From contig JBAQUS010000011.1 of NCBI GenBank assembly GCA_049297675.1, positions 101,184 through 165,183 on the forward strand: 64,000 nt of DNA. Reading direction: 5' to 3'. Under the pieces are notes generated by a model, which saw only the letters and a program-made list of their open reading frames with translations, searched no databases and was not told the origin of the DNA. Shown piece after piece: positions 38,726-48,601 of the stretch. Both the position numbers and the translations under genes were made by a program. How positions within the stretch are numbered: the first letter of the stretch is position 1; each line of letters opens with the position of its first letter. Origin of the DNA: Minisyncoccia bacterium. GTDB lineage: Bacteria; Patescibacteriota; Minisyncoccia; Phycocordibacterales; DATDWN01.

Positions 38726-41700
38726 ATGCTACGAATAAAAAATTCAATTATACTGTCGCTAGTTTTACTAGCTTTTTTTGTTGCCAAAGATGTAGAAGCT
38801 GTTCCATCTAATTTTGTAAACGAAACAGTTATTAATAGTGGCATAAATCTACCAACAATGTTGGAGTTTCTTCCTGACGGGAGAATGTTAATAGGAGAAT
38901 TTAATGGCAGGATTATTGTGGCACAGCCAGGAGCTAATACTGTTGATCCAACTCCTGTTCTAACTATCACTAACATATTCGGTGATGACATAATCTCTGG
39001 AGGTGAACGAGGTCTAGTTGGAATTACAATAGACCCAAATTTCTCTTCTAATCAATATATATATGTATTTTACACTTCTAATATTCCTCAGAGAGATAGG
39101 GTTTCTAGATTTACTATGGTAGGTAATTCAGCTAACCCATCAAGCGAAGTTATAATTTGGCAGGCAGTTGCAGATTCAACACATACAGATCATCACGGGG
39201 GAGGACTGGGATTTGGACCCGATGGTAAACTTTACATTACTACTGGCGACAATGGTGATCCATCAAGTTCTCAATCCTTGAGTTCAGATCATGGTAAAAT
39301 TTTGCGAGTTAATGCTGATGGTACAGTTCCTACTGATGGTCCGTTTTTTGATGGTGCTGGTCCAAATATTGATTCAATATACGCTCGCGGATTACGCAAT
39401 CCTTATAGAATATTTTTTGATATCGACGGCAAGCTATATATAGGAGATGTAGGGCAGCTTACTTGGGAGGAAATAGATATTGGAGTTTCAGGTGCAAATT
39501 ACGGTTGGCCAATTTGTGAAGGAACGTGTGGTACTTCTGGTATGACTAACCCTATATTGGCTTATCCTCATTTTAATGGTGAGGCTTCAGTCACTGGAGG
39601 TTTAATATATCGAGGCACTCAATTTCCTGTTCAATACCGTGGTGCTTATTTTTATGGTGATTACGCTCTGAACTGGATTAAATATCTAACCTTTGATGCA
39701 AGCGGATCATTAACAAGTAATGTTAACTTTGAACCAATCGATGGTTCAAACAATGGTCCTTATGGAGATCCTGTAGATTTTGCTGTTGGACCAGATGGCT
39801 CTCTGTATTATGTGGATTTTGGCTTTGGAGTACCTAATCCAGCAAGTATTAAAAGAATTAGATATGTGGCATCTAATCTGCCACCTTTGGTGGTAGCTAG
39901 CTCTACCCCAACAGAAGGTTTACCTCCTTTGGCTGTGAACTTCTCATCTATTGGTTCATCTGACCCAGAAAATAATCCTCTAACCTACCTTTGGAATTTT
40001 GGAGATAATGCCACTTCAAGTCAAAGTAATCCAACTCATGTTTACGGATCACAAGGATTATACACAGCTACTTTAACCTTGTCAGATGGAAACAGTTCTA
40101 GTGTTTCTAATCCAATAATAATTTCTGTCGGTAACAAACCTGTTGGAGAAATTACATCACCTTCAAATAATGCATTATTTAGGGCTGGGGATGTTATAAA
40201 CTTCTCAGGTACTGCTTCAGATGTTGAGGATGGAACAAACCTTCCAAGCAGTGCTTATTCATGGACTGTACTTTTCCATCATGAGAGCCATGTTCATCCA
40301 GCTCATGGCCCAGTTTCTGGACCTTCTGGAACATTCACTATATCAAACTCTGGGCATGATTTCTCTGGAAATACTAGTTACGAATTTATTTTGACTGTAA
40401 CTGATTCTTCAGGATTAAAACACGTAAGCTCCACAACAATCTTCCCAGAAAAAGTTGATCTAACATTTAATTCTAATCCTTCTGGACTCACGTTGATAAT
40501 CGATGGGATCCCCCAAATAACACCATTGGTAAAAAACTCTTTAATAGGATTCCAGTATACAGTCGATGCAATTAATCAGTCTTCTGTTTCTAATAATTAT
40601 ACTTTCCAATCTTGGTCAGATAATGGTGCACAATCACATATTATCACTACCCCTATAACAAATCAGACGTATACAGCAACCTTCAATACTTCACCAACGG
40701 CAAACATATCTTTTGATACATCCGTAAATTCAGGAGATCTAAGCAATTTAACTTCTGCTTCATGGACACACACAACAAGTGGCTTAAATCGATATTTAAT
40801 TGTTGGCTTAGCTGGATGGGATAACAATTCTTCTTTATCCGGTGTTACTGTAAGTTATGCAGGAGTGACCATGACTAAACTTGGTGGCCAACAAACTGTA
40901 GCTAACAATAATGCCGTACTATGGGGATTGGCCAATCCCACTCTTGGATCAAACCTAGTTTCAGTTACCAACATTCCTGCATCATTTTTAGAACTAGGAG
41001 GAGGATCCTTGTCATTCACAAATGTTGATCAAGCTAGTTCAACAGGATTGCTGGTTACAGGTATAACAAATACAGCTAATATAAATTTGTCTAATGTCGA
41101 CATGGGAGTAGATATTCTATACGATGGACAAAACGGATCGACAATCAATTACCCGACTCCTGGTGCTAATGAAACAATGAGAGTCAACACAACCTTTAGT
41201 AAGGATGGGGGGAATAATCGAGACTATATGATGATGGGAATTGAAACTGGAACAGGAACTATTCAGATGGATTGGTTGGGCCACGGAGATTACGCTATTG
41301 CTGCAGTTCCTATTAAGGCCATTTCTGGTTCATCTACTCCAGATACAACAGCCCCAGTTCTCTCCAACGGAACACCAAATGGGATTCTACCTGATGGTAC
41401 AACCCAAACAACAATATCTCTGATATCAAATGAGAATGCAACTTGTCGATATAGCACTACAGCAAACACAACTTATATTTCAATGACTGGTAATTTCACC
41501 AATACTGGTACAACTACTCATTCTACTGTTGTCAGCGGATTATCAAATGGAAATAACTATACTTACAACGTTCGTTGCATAGATAGTTCAAATAATGCTA
41601 ACCAAACAGACTTTCCTATAAGCTTTTCAATAAATAATCCTCCACCACCTGACACAATTGCTCCTACAGTAAACATTACAGCTCCAACCACCAACTCAAC

Positions 41701-42568
41701 TATTTCCGGTACTGTTTTTGTAAATGCTAATGCATCAGATAATATAGGTGTTGTTGGTGTCCAGTTTTTACTAGATGGGAATAATTTGGGAACTGAAGAT
41801 ACCAGTTCGCCTTACAGTACATCTTGGAATACTGCCACAACTACTCAAGGAGCTCACATTTTGACTGCTCGTGCTCGTGATGTGGCTGGCAATGTTTCTA
41901 CTAGCAGTCCAATAAACATTAACGTAAATAATTCAATTCCAGGTCTTGTAGCCGCATATAGCTTCAATGAAGGATTTGGAACAAGTCTCTATGACGTCTC
42001 AGGTAATCTTAATCTTGGAACGATCGACGGAGCAACTTGGACTCTAACAGGTAAATACGGTAATGCCCTGATTTTTGATGGATCAAATGATTGGGTGACA
42101 GTTGCCGATTCAAATTCTTTGGATCTTACAAATTCAATTACTATAGAAGCTTGGGTAAATCCATCAATATTACCTAAAGGTTGGAGAACTATCGTAGCAA
42201 AAGAACAAAATGACGGTCTAATGTATTACTTATATGCTTCAAGTCGTAGTGCTAATCAACCTGCTCAAGGAGTTTTTGTAAATAACGCAGAAAGAAATCT
42301 AGTTGGAGGTACACGTCTTGCTATAAACACATGGACCCATGTTGCAATGACATATAATGGTTCTATTCAGAGGTTATATATAAATGGTGTACAAGTTGCA
42401 ACTCGTAATCAAACCGGATCGATGACAAATAGTACTGGTGTATTGAGAATTGGTGGTAATAATCAGTTCGGAGAATTCTTCAATGGTATGGTTGATGAAG
42501 TTAGGATTTGGAACACAGTTAGAACTCAAACCCAAATCCAAACAGACATGAATACACCAATTCCATAA
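38726..42568 (+). CDS. very large secreted multidomain protein: signal peptide, PQQ-dependent sugar dehydrogenase-like beta-propeller, PKD/Ig-like and fibronectin-like repeats, C-terminal LamG/concanavalin-like lectin domain
   Basis: N-terminal hydrophobic signal; GLVGITIDPNF ... YIYVFYT and DGKLYITTGDNGD (SGDH-type propeller); LTYLWNFGDNATSSQSNPTHVYGSQGLYTATLTLSDG (PKD); the C-terminal GNALIFDGSNDWVTV ... NTWTHVAMTYNG ... LRIGG ... FNGMVDEVRIWN is a laminin-G-like fold. Confidence 0.6.
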   Translation: MLRIKNSIILSLVLLAFFVAKDVEAVPSNFVNETVINSGINLPTMLEFLPDGRMLIGEFNGRIIVAQPGANTVDPTPVLTITNIFGDDIISGGERGLVGITIDPNFSSNQYIYVFYTSNIPQRDRVSRFTMVGNSANPSSEVIIWQAVADSTHTDHHGGGLGFGPDGKLYITTGDNGDPSSSQSLSSDHGKILRVNADGTVPTDGPFFDGAGPNIDSIYARGLRNPYRIFFDIDGKLYIGDVGQLTWEEIDIGVSGANYGWPICEGTCGTSGMTNPILAYPHFNGEASVTGGLIYRGTQFPVQYRGAYFYGDYALNWIKYLTFDASGSLTSNVNFEPIDGSNNGPYGDPVDFAVGPDGSLYYVDFGFGVPNPASIKRIRYVASNLPPLVVASSTPTEGLPPLAVNFSSIGSSDPENNPLTYLWNFGDNATSSQSNPTHVYGSQGLYTATLTLSDGNSSSVSNPIIISVGNKPVGEITSPSNNALFRAGDVINFSGTASDVEDGTNLPSSAYSWTVLFHHESHVHPAHGPVSGPSGTFTISNSGHDFSGNTSYEFILTVTDSSGLKHVSSTTIFPEKVDLTFNSNPSGLTLIIDGIPQITPLVKNSLIGFQYTVDAINQSSVSNNYTFQSWSDNGAQSHIITTPITNQTYTATFNTSPTANISFDTSVNSGDLSNLTSASWTHTTSGLNRYLIVGLAGWDNNSSLSGVTVSYAGVTMTKLGGQQTVANNNAVLWGLANPTLGSNLVSVTNIPASFLELGGGSLSFTNVDQASSTGLLVTGITNTANINLSNVDMGVDILYDGQNGSTINYPTPGANETMRVNTTFSKDGGNNRDYMMMGIETGTGTIQMDWLGHGDYAIAAVPIKAISGSSTPDTTAPVLSNGTPNGILPDGTTQTTISLISNENATCRYSTTANTTYISMTGNFTNTGTTTHSTVVSGLSNGNNYTYNVRCIDSSNNANQTDFPISFSINNPPPPDTIAPTVNITAPTTNSTISGTVFVNANASDNIGVVGVQFLLDGNNLGTEDTSSPYSTSWNTATTTQGAHILTARARDVAGNVSTSSPININVNNSIPGLVAAYSFNEGFGTSLYDVSGNLNLGTIDGATWTLTGKYGNALIFDGSNDWVTVADSNSLDLTNSITIEAWVNPSILPKGWRTIVAKEQNDGLMYYLYASSRSANQPAQGVFVNNAERNLVGGTRLAINTWTHVAMTYNGSIQRLYINGVQVATRNQTGSMTNSTGVLRIGGNNQFGEFFNGMVDEVRIWNTVRTQTQIQTDMNTPIP

Positions 42569-42694
42569 TTAATTTTGGTTTTGAATTATACATTTTCACT
42601 AAGCGCTTTGATGCTTGGCGGATTTCGTTTTTTAGACTAAAATGGGTGTAATAAATTTATTTTACTTTATAAACTTTAAGAACTTTATAACTTT

Positions 42695-43312
42695 ATGAAC
42701 TCGTCTACGACCCATTCAAAAAAAGAAAGAACACTTGTAATTATTAAACCTGATGCGATTCAGAGAACTTTAACAGGCGAAGTGGTTTCTCGTTTAGAGA
42801 GAGTTGGTTTAAAACTTATTGCAATGAAGTTGATTGTGGCTACTGCCGATCATATCGAAAAGCATTACACCCTAGACCCAGATTGGCGGCGAGTAACAGG
42901 AGAAAAAACTATCTCAAGTTATAAAAAGAAAGGTCTACCCCCTCCATCTGAAGATCCCTTTGAAATAACCACCAAGCTTCTTATAAAGCTTAAAAAATAT
43001 ATGGTTAGTGGCCCGATTATTCCGATGGTTTGGGAAGGAGCACATGCAGTAGAAATTGTAAGAAAGTTAATTGGAGGTACAGAACCTCTGACGTCTGACG
43101 TGGGTACTATACGTGGGGATTATATGCTCGATTCGTATTCTATGTCAGACGAAGATAATAGATCTTTAAGAAATATTGCTCATGCGTCTGGTTCAGTAAC
43201 AGAAGCTAACATGGAAATTGCTCATTGGTTTAAAGACGAAGAAATTGTTAATTATCGTCTTGTTCAAGACGAGATATTGTATGACGTAAATTTGGACGGG
43301 ATACTAGAGTAA
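42695..43312 (+). CDS. ndk: nucleoside diphosphate kinase (with an internal insertion)
   Basis: ERTLVIIKPDAIQRTLTGEVVSRLERVGLKLIAMKL. Confidence 0.85.
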   Translation: MNSSTTHSKKERTLVIIKPDAIQRTLTGEVVSRLERVGLKLIAMKLIVATADHIEKHYTLDPDWRRVTGEKTISSYKKKGLPPPSEDPFEITTKLLIKLKKYMVSGPIIPMVWEGAHAVEIVRKLIGGTEPLTSDVGTIRGDYMLDSYSMSDEDNRSLRNIAHASGSVTEANMEIAHWFKDEEIVNYRLVQDEILYDVNLDGILE

Positions 43313-43320
43313 AATCTCGA

Positions 43321-43425
43321 CAAACCAAAACCTTTTTAGAGACTCTCGGAGGCTGACGAGCCGAGAGTGAGCAAATTTCTAGCCCAGAAATTATGTGTGC
43401 TCTAAAAAGGTTTTGGTTAGTAAGA
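43321..43425 (+). repeat. copy 1 of an ~85-bp direct repeat containing a nested inverted repeat
   Basis: ttttagagactctcggaggctgacgagccgagagtgagcaaatttctagcccagaaattatgtgtgctctaaaaag. Confidence 0.55.
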
Positions 43426-43717
43426 GATTTTTTACAACCTATCTCAGATTTTTTTCAAGTTGTGTCAGGTCTAGTGAAAGGTATAATTATATGGGGTTAC
43501 ATTAGATATTTTCTACCTAAAATTTTTTTAGGGAGCCCGAATCTTTGTGTCGCGATGAGCGTTTACTCGTTCTGACTTACACATATGAGGGCACCCACCT
43601 GCGGTAAAACGTAGGGGAATATCTATGTGACCCCACTAAAGGCCCCGCCCCTGAAGTATTGGCGGAGTTTTTAGTAAGAGAAGTTTGTTGTACAATGTAT
43701 TAACCGTGAATTAAAAA

Positions 43718-43842
43718 ACTCGTCGAAAACATAATTTTTTAGAGACTCTCGGAGGCTGACGAGCCGAGAGTGAGCAAATTTCTAGCTCAGAAATTATGTG
43801 TGCTCTAAAAAGTTATGTTGAGTAAGAGTTTTGTAATCAACA
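43718..43842 (+). repeat. copy 2 of the same direct repeat, flanked by the conserved gene-proximal module ...gttgagtaagagttttgtaatcaacaATG
   Basis: near-identical to copy 1 (one C/T difference in the core); the same upstream module is found before comEC at 1836-1975. Confidence 0.55.
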
Positions 43843-44250
43843 ATGTCAATGCTTAAATCTAAACTTCTCAGACAAACTGTTGCTTTACTTGCGATCATAG
43901 GAGTTCTATATTTTTTTGCAGAGATTTTTTATCTTCACTGGACTGTTTGGTGGTATGATGTAATGCTCCATTCTCTCTCTGGTGTATGTGCCGGTATGGC
44001 TTATGTTTTCTTTTCTTCCCAATATTTCTGGTCTTTGACAGAAGACAATAATAAAACAATTTTTCTTGGTTTAGTTTTTGTTTTTGTTGTGGGCGTATTA
44101 TGGGAGGTGTATGAGATAAAGTTTGACCATACTTCTTTCAAAGATGGTATTTATTACATCAGAGACACAATTTCTGATTTAATTGCAGATGTTTCCGGGG
44201 GATTTTTTGGCATAACCTACGGTCTAAGGTTTCTTAAAGTTAAGAAATAA
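43843..44250 (+). CDS. hypothetical integral membrane protein
   Basis: ORF track; 4 predicted TM helices. Confidence 0.4.
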   Translation: MSMLKSKLLRQTVALLAIIGVLYFFAEIFYLHWTVWWYDVMLHSLSGVCAGMAYVFFSSQYFWSLTEDNNKTIFLGLVFVFVVGVLWEVYEIKFDHTSFKDGIYYIRDTISDLIADVSGGFFGITYGLRFLKVKK

Positions 44251-44260
44251 AATTATCAAC

Positions 44261-45682
44261 ATGAAAGATAAAAAAGAACTGAACCTGACGTTTTATTCTG
44301 GAGTTGGTACAGTAACAGGAGCAAACTTTATGCTTGAAAGCAAAAACACGAGACTCCTGGTTGACTGTGGACTGGTTCAAGGAGATCCTAATGCTTATGA
44401 ATTAAACAGAAAACCATTTCAATATGATGCAAAGACAGTTGATTATCTTTTTATTACTCATGCACATCTGGATCATATAGGAAGGGTTTGCAAACTTGTC
44501 AGAGAAGGCTTCAGGGGTGTTATTTTCTCGACTCCCGAAACAAAAGAGATCGCAGAAGCAATGTTTTTTGATGCCTTAAAGGTTATGACCATGAAGGAAA
44601 AAGAGATTCAGGACGGCATACACCAAGCTCCGCTTTATGATGCTCAAGATGTCGAAAAAGCTTTGTCTCTGTGGAGGACGATTCCATATCACAAAGAGAC
44701 AAAAATAAATGACGAACTTTCCGTTACTCTCAAAGACGCTGGACACATTCTCGGCTCCTCCATGTACGAGTTTACAGTTTCCCCGAAGTCAGACTTAGGG
44801 GTCGACATAGGAGAGAAAAAGGTAAAAGTGGTATTTACAGGGGACACGGGAAATTCTCCGGCACCACTTTTGAGGGATACTGACAAGATAACTCAAGCTG
44901 ATTATCTAATAGTAGATAGTGTCTACGGTGACAGAAACCACGAACCAAAAGAGGAAAGGGATGAGAGATTCAAGCAGATAGTTTTAGAGACTATAAAAAA
45001 AGGTGGGGCTTTAGTTCTCCCTGCATTTTCAATAGAGAGAACACAGGTTATTCTTTATGAGCTAAACAATATGATAGAAGACAAGATTATTCCTACTGTA
45101 CCTGTATATCTAGACTCTCCGTTGGGGAGAAAAGTAACAGATATATATTCTCGTTCGAATAAGTATTTTAATTCCGGTGTGCAAAAAGAAATAAAAGCCG
45201 GGGATGATATTTTCAACTTTCCCAAACTTTCCATCACTCATGGCTCCTATGATTCAAAAAAGATAGAAGAAATGCCAAACCCGAAAATCATTGTATCTGG
45301 TTCGGGCATGTCATCAGGCGGACGGGTGATATGGCATGAAATGGCTTATTTGCCTGACCCAAAAAGTACAGTGCTTCTCATGGGGTATCAGGCTGTAGGG
45401 ACTTTGGGGAGGAAAATACAAGACAGACCAGCCTCTGTCATGATAAACGGTCAAATGGTGCCGATTAGAGCTAGGATAGAGATGATTTCAGGCTATTCTT
45501 CACATAAGGACTCTGATAACTTAGTTAAACTTGTCGAAGGTACAGCCAATACTGTCAAAAAAGTTTTCGTTGTTATGGGTGAGCCAAAATCCTCCACCTT
45601 TTTAGCCCAACGCTTGCGAGACGAGTTAGATGTTGAGGCTATCTGTCCCGAGAAGGGTAAAATCTATAAGTTAGATGTATAA
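44261..45682 (+). CDS. MBL-fold beta-CASP family ribonuclease (CPSF/RNase J-like)
   Basis: HAHLDHIG (HxHxDH) motif and downstream beta-CASP region (VVFTGDTGN ... LVLPAFSIERTQ ... SGYSSHKD). Confidence 0.7.
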   Translation: MKDKKELNLTFYSGVGTVTGANFMLESKNTRLLVDCGLVQGDPNAYELNRKPFQYDAKTVDYLFITHAHLDHIGRVCKLVREGFRGVIFSTPETKEIAEAMFFDALKVMTMKEKEIQDGIHQAPLYDAQDVEKALSLWRTIPYHKETKINDELSVTLKDAGHILGSSMYEFTVSPKSDLGVDIGEKKVKVVFTGDTGNSPAPLLRDTDKITQADYLIVDSVYGDRNHEPKEERDERFKQIVLETIKKGGALVLPAFSIERTQVILYELNNMIEDKIIPTVPVYLDSPLGRKVTDIYSRSNKYFNSGVQKEIKAGDDIFNFPKLSITHGSYDSKKIEEMPNPKIIVSGSGMSSGGRVIWHEMAYLPDPKSTVLLMGYQAVGTLGRKIQDRPASVMINGQMVPIRARIEMISGYSSHKDSDNLVKLVEGTANTVKKVFVVMGEPKSSTFLAQRLRDELDVEAICPEKGKIYKLDV

Positions 45683-45992
45683 TGTATTAATTAATATTAA
45701 CTATAAAAACATGGGTCTAGAAGGACAGCCAAAAATGACATGGGATGAGATGGTAACAAGTATAGAAGTTGGTCCGATATTAGATAGAAAAGTTATGGAG
45801 TTTTTAAGCAAACACAACAAGGAATATATAACTGCTGAGTTCAGTGAAGTACTATTTGAAGGTGAAATAATAAAATCGAGTAGGACCGGAGAACTTATAC
45901 GTCCATCTGCTATGATAACTGATCCAAACGAAAAGGCAAAAATACTTGAAGCTGTTTATGAGGAATTAGAAAAAAGTCAAACAGACGAATAA
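45675..45992 (+). CDS. hypothetical protein
   Basis: ORF track. Confidence 0.3.
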   Translation: MYNVLININYKNMGLEGQPKMTWDEMVTSIEVGPILDRKVMEFLSKHNKEYITAEFSEVLFEGEIIKSSRTGELIRPSAMITDPNEKAKILEAVYEELEKSQTDE

Positions 45993-46583
45993 ATGGACCC
46001 AAATATTCCAATTCAAATCCAAAACCCTCTTCCGCCAGTACCACAAAAACACCACTATTTTGTCATAGTTTTGGTTCTGATTTGTGTTCTTCTCCTTATG
46101 TCAGGATACTTGGTTTTCCAGAATGTCAGAGAGGAGCAAAAAGAAGTAGTGGTAGTTTCAGAAAGTGTCACAGTTCCCCAAGATGACATTTCGACTTGGA
46201 AAACATACAGAAATGAAGAGTATGGGTTTGAGTTTAAGTATCCATCCGATTGGGAAATTATAAACAATGGTTTAATAAAGCCTAATGGTAGAGAGGAAGA
46301 ATCTGAAAAAATATATTTCTTTCCAGACTTCAATAATGATAATTTAGAAATTGAAGCTTGGTTTGTGCAGCTCAATGGATACTCTGACTCACATTCTCTG
46401 GTTGAGATCGATGGAGTCAGAGCTATTAGATCAAAGGAAAGTCATGATATTTCAGGTATTGTCACTTATATACTCCTAAAAACAATACCAAATAGGGCGG
46501 TTCTAAATTTTCAAATTCGGGGGTCTTCTCCTGAAGGATTGAAAATATATGACCAAATTCTCTCAACTTTTAAGTTTATTTAG
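45993..46583 (+). CDS. hypothetical membrane-anchored protein
   Basis: ORF track; one N-terminal TM helix. Confidence 0.35.
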   Translation: MDPNIPIQIQNPLPPVPQKHHYFVIVLVLICVLLLMSGYLVFQNVREEQKEVVVVSESVTVPQDDISTWKTYRNEEYGFEFKYPSDWEIINNGLIKPNGREEESEKIYFFPDFNNDNLEIEAWFVQLNGYSDSHSLVEIDGVRAIRSKESHDISGIVTYILLKTIPNRAVLNFQIRGSSPEGLKIYDQILSTFKFI

Positions 46584-46920
46584 CTAACTCAACCACTTTC
46601 TTAAACGTCTCGGGATTTTGTTCCACCAAACCAGCTAGGATTTTTCGATCCAAAAGTACACCTTTCTTTTTCAGTCCGCCCATAAGTTTCGAGTACGATG
46701 TGCCGAGCTCTTTTGCACCATAAGAAATGCGAATATTCCACATCTTTCGAGCGTCGCCCTTCTTATCTCTCCTATGAGCAAAAGCGTAAGCTCCAGCGTG
46801 GTAGAGGGCTTCCCAAGCTTCTCTTTCCTTGGATTTTCTTCCATGTCTAAAACCCTTTGTTTTTCTCAAAACATTCTTTCTTCCCTTCAGTGCATTGACC
46901 CCCTTTTTTACTCTAGTCAT
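46576..46920 (-). CDS. rplT: 50S ribosomal protein L20
   Basis: MTRVKKGVNALKGRKNVLRKTKGFRHGRKSKEREA ... AHRRDKKGDARKMWNIRISYGAK. Confidence 0.9.
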   Translation of the reverse strand: MTRVKKGVNALKGRKNVLRKTKGFRHGRKSKEREAWEALYHAGAYAFAHRRDKKGDARKMWNIRISYGAKELGTSYSKLMGGLKKKGVLLDRKILAGLVEQNPETFKKVVELAK

Positions 46921-47066
46921 GTTTTTGGTGTCGATACTAATCTACGAATGAAACGAAGTTAGATACCCTTGACGAATAGGGCATACGAATTTATTTGTAA
47001 TATTCGTATGCAATTCGTATATTGGTATCGCTTCATATTCGCATGTATTCGTATATTTGTATCGCG
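46921..47066 (-). repeat. long (~140 nt) copy of the palindromic ACGAAT element in the rplT-rpmI spacer
   Basis: differs at a single position from the copy at 47256-47399. Confidence 0.7.
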
Positions 47067-47255
47067 TTACTTTTTAATATAAAACGCTCTATCTTTATTA
47101 CTAATTTGAAAAGCCACTGATCTCTTCTTGGCTAACTGTGATCTTCGGCTCTCTTTGGCATTGAAATGGTTTTGACCAGTTTTTCTGGCAGTTATCTTTC
47201 CATTCTTGCTGACCTTCAGCCTTTTGGTAAATGATTTGTTTGTTTTTGTTGACAT
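47067..47255 (-). CDS. rpmI: 50S ribosomal protein L35
   Basis: 62-aa basic protein KRLKVSKNGKITARKTGQNHFNAKESRRSQLAKKR in the conserved infC-rpmI-rplT order. Confidence 0.75.
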   Translation of the reverse strand: MSTKTNKSFTKRLKVSKNGKITARKTGQNHFNAKESRRSQLAKKRSVAFQISNKDRAFYIKK

Positions 47256-47399
47256 AAATGGTGTCGATACTAATCTACGAATGAAACGAAGTTAGATACC
47301 CTTAACGAATAGGGCATACGAATTTATTTGTAATATTCGTATGCAATTCGTATATTGGTATCGCTTCATATTCGCATGTATTCGTATATTTGTATCGCG
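47256..47399 (-). repeat. second long copy of the palindromic ACGAAT element (rpmI-infC spacer)
   Basis: about 99% identical to 46921-47062. Confidence 0.7.
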
Positions 47400-47909
47400 T
47401 TACGCTTTCTCTATTATAACACTGAGGCCCTTCGGGCTTCTCTTGGCTGGATCTGCCACTTTGTATTCCTCTGTTATGAGCTTTAAAACTCTATCCATAC
47501 GCTCACGTAGGAACCCTTCATTCATAAACTTAGTCCTTCCGGGTAGAAATAGATCTATTTTTATGCGATTGCCTTCCTTTAGCCACTCTGAAGCCTTCTT
47601 AGCTTTTAGCTCCAGGTCGTGCTCTCCAGTACCGACTTTGATCTGAATGATCTTTATCTCAACCGTATGAGCCTTGGTTTTAGCAGTTTTAAGCTTCTTG
47701 TTTTCGGCGTATTGAAATTTACCATAATCCATGATTTTTGCAACTGGAGGTACGGCTTTTGGAGATATTTCAATGAGATCTAACCCAGTCTCTCTGGCCT
47801 TATCAATAGCTTCTTTAAACGAGATCACCCCGAGGTTTGTGCCATCGTCCAAAATCACACGTAGTTCCTGTGCTTGAATCTGGTTATTTATTCTAACGTT
47901 TGTTGACAA
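47400..47909 (-). CDS. infC: translation initiation factor IF-3 (apparently a non-ATG start)
   Basis: INNQIQAQELRVILDDGTNLGVISFKEAIDKARETGLDLIEISPKAVPPVAKIMDYGKFQYE. Confidence 0.85.
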   Translation of the reverse strand: MSTNVRINNQIQAQELRVILDDGTNLGVISFKEAIDKARETGLDLIEISPKAVPPVAKIMDYGKFQYAENKKLKTAKTKAHTVEIKIIQIKVGTGEHDLELKAKKASEWLKEGNRIKIDLFLPGRTKFMNEGFLRERMDRVLKLITEEYKVADPAKRSPKGLSVIIEKA

Positions 47910-48037
47910 ATATTATTTATAAACTGATAAATATGCTAAAACAATAGAAAATGTATCACTTTCTAGCTTTATTATCAAGCCGTTCCTTTTATGATAAACT
48001 TAGATAGCCCTAGGTTTTATAAGACTATTTAAATTAA

Positions 48038-48601
48038 ATGAAAAATATACTAGTAATTTCGATTATTTTTGTTTTAGTTGGTTTGGGTTTTTGGATATCA
48101 AAATCTGGTAAGAAAAATGCTGAGATAGTTGCAGAAAATATGGTTCCTGTTAGCGCTGAAACTTCATCAGTCCAAAAACCCTCTTCAAACACTGGTCTAT
48201 CTGTAAAAAACACAGTTAGTACAGAAGTATTTACAAATATTCTGCCTCACAAAGGAAATTATGAATGCGAATACGAGGAGGTAACTCAAAGTTCAAGGAG
48301 TTCACATAATATATATCTCTCTGATGGTAAAATGAGAGGGGAGTTTAGAACATACTCTGTTTCTGGTGGAATTTCAAACATTATGGTTTACGACGGTTCA
48401 CGTCTTTATACTTGGATAGAGGGTCAAACAGTCGGGACGAGTATGGTGCCAAAGTCTCTTTCAGATTTTCCATCCATCATTCCAAAGGATATACTTCAGT
48501 CTAAAATTCTTGGATCAGGTCTAAACAGCGCTAGTTGGAATTGTCACGCCTGGAGTAGGGTACCGTCGCTACTCGCCAAACCATCCTACGTGAAATTCTA
48601 A
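48038..48601 (+). CDS. hypothetical secreted/membrane-anchored protein
   Basis: ORF track; N-terminal hydrophobic segment. Confidence 0.35.
   Translation: MKNILVISIIFVLVGLGFWISKSGKKNAEIVAENMVPVSAETSSVQKPSSNTGLSVKNTVSTEVFTNILPHKGNYECEYEEVTQSSRSSHNIYLSDGKMRGEFRTYSVSGGISNIMVYDGSRLYTWIEGQTVGTSMVPKSLSDFPSIIPKDILQSKILGSGLNSASWNCHAWSRVPSLLAKPSYVKF

Noticed and set aside
38572-38991. Small ORFs 38572..38811 (+) and 38713..38991 (-)
   Set aside because: AT-rich promoter region and 5' end of the large surface-protein gene. No support.
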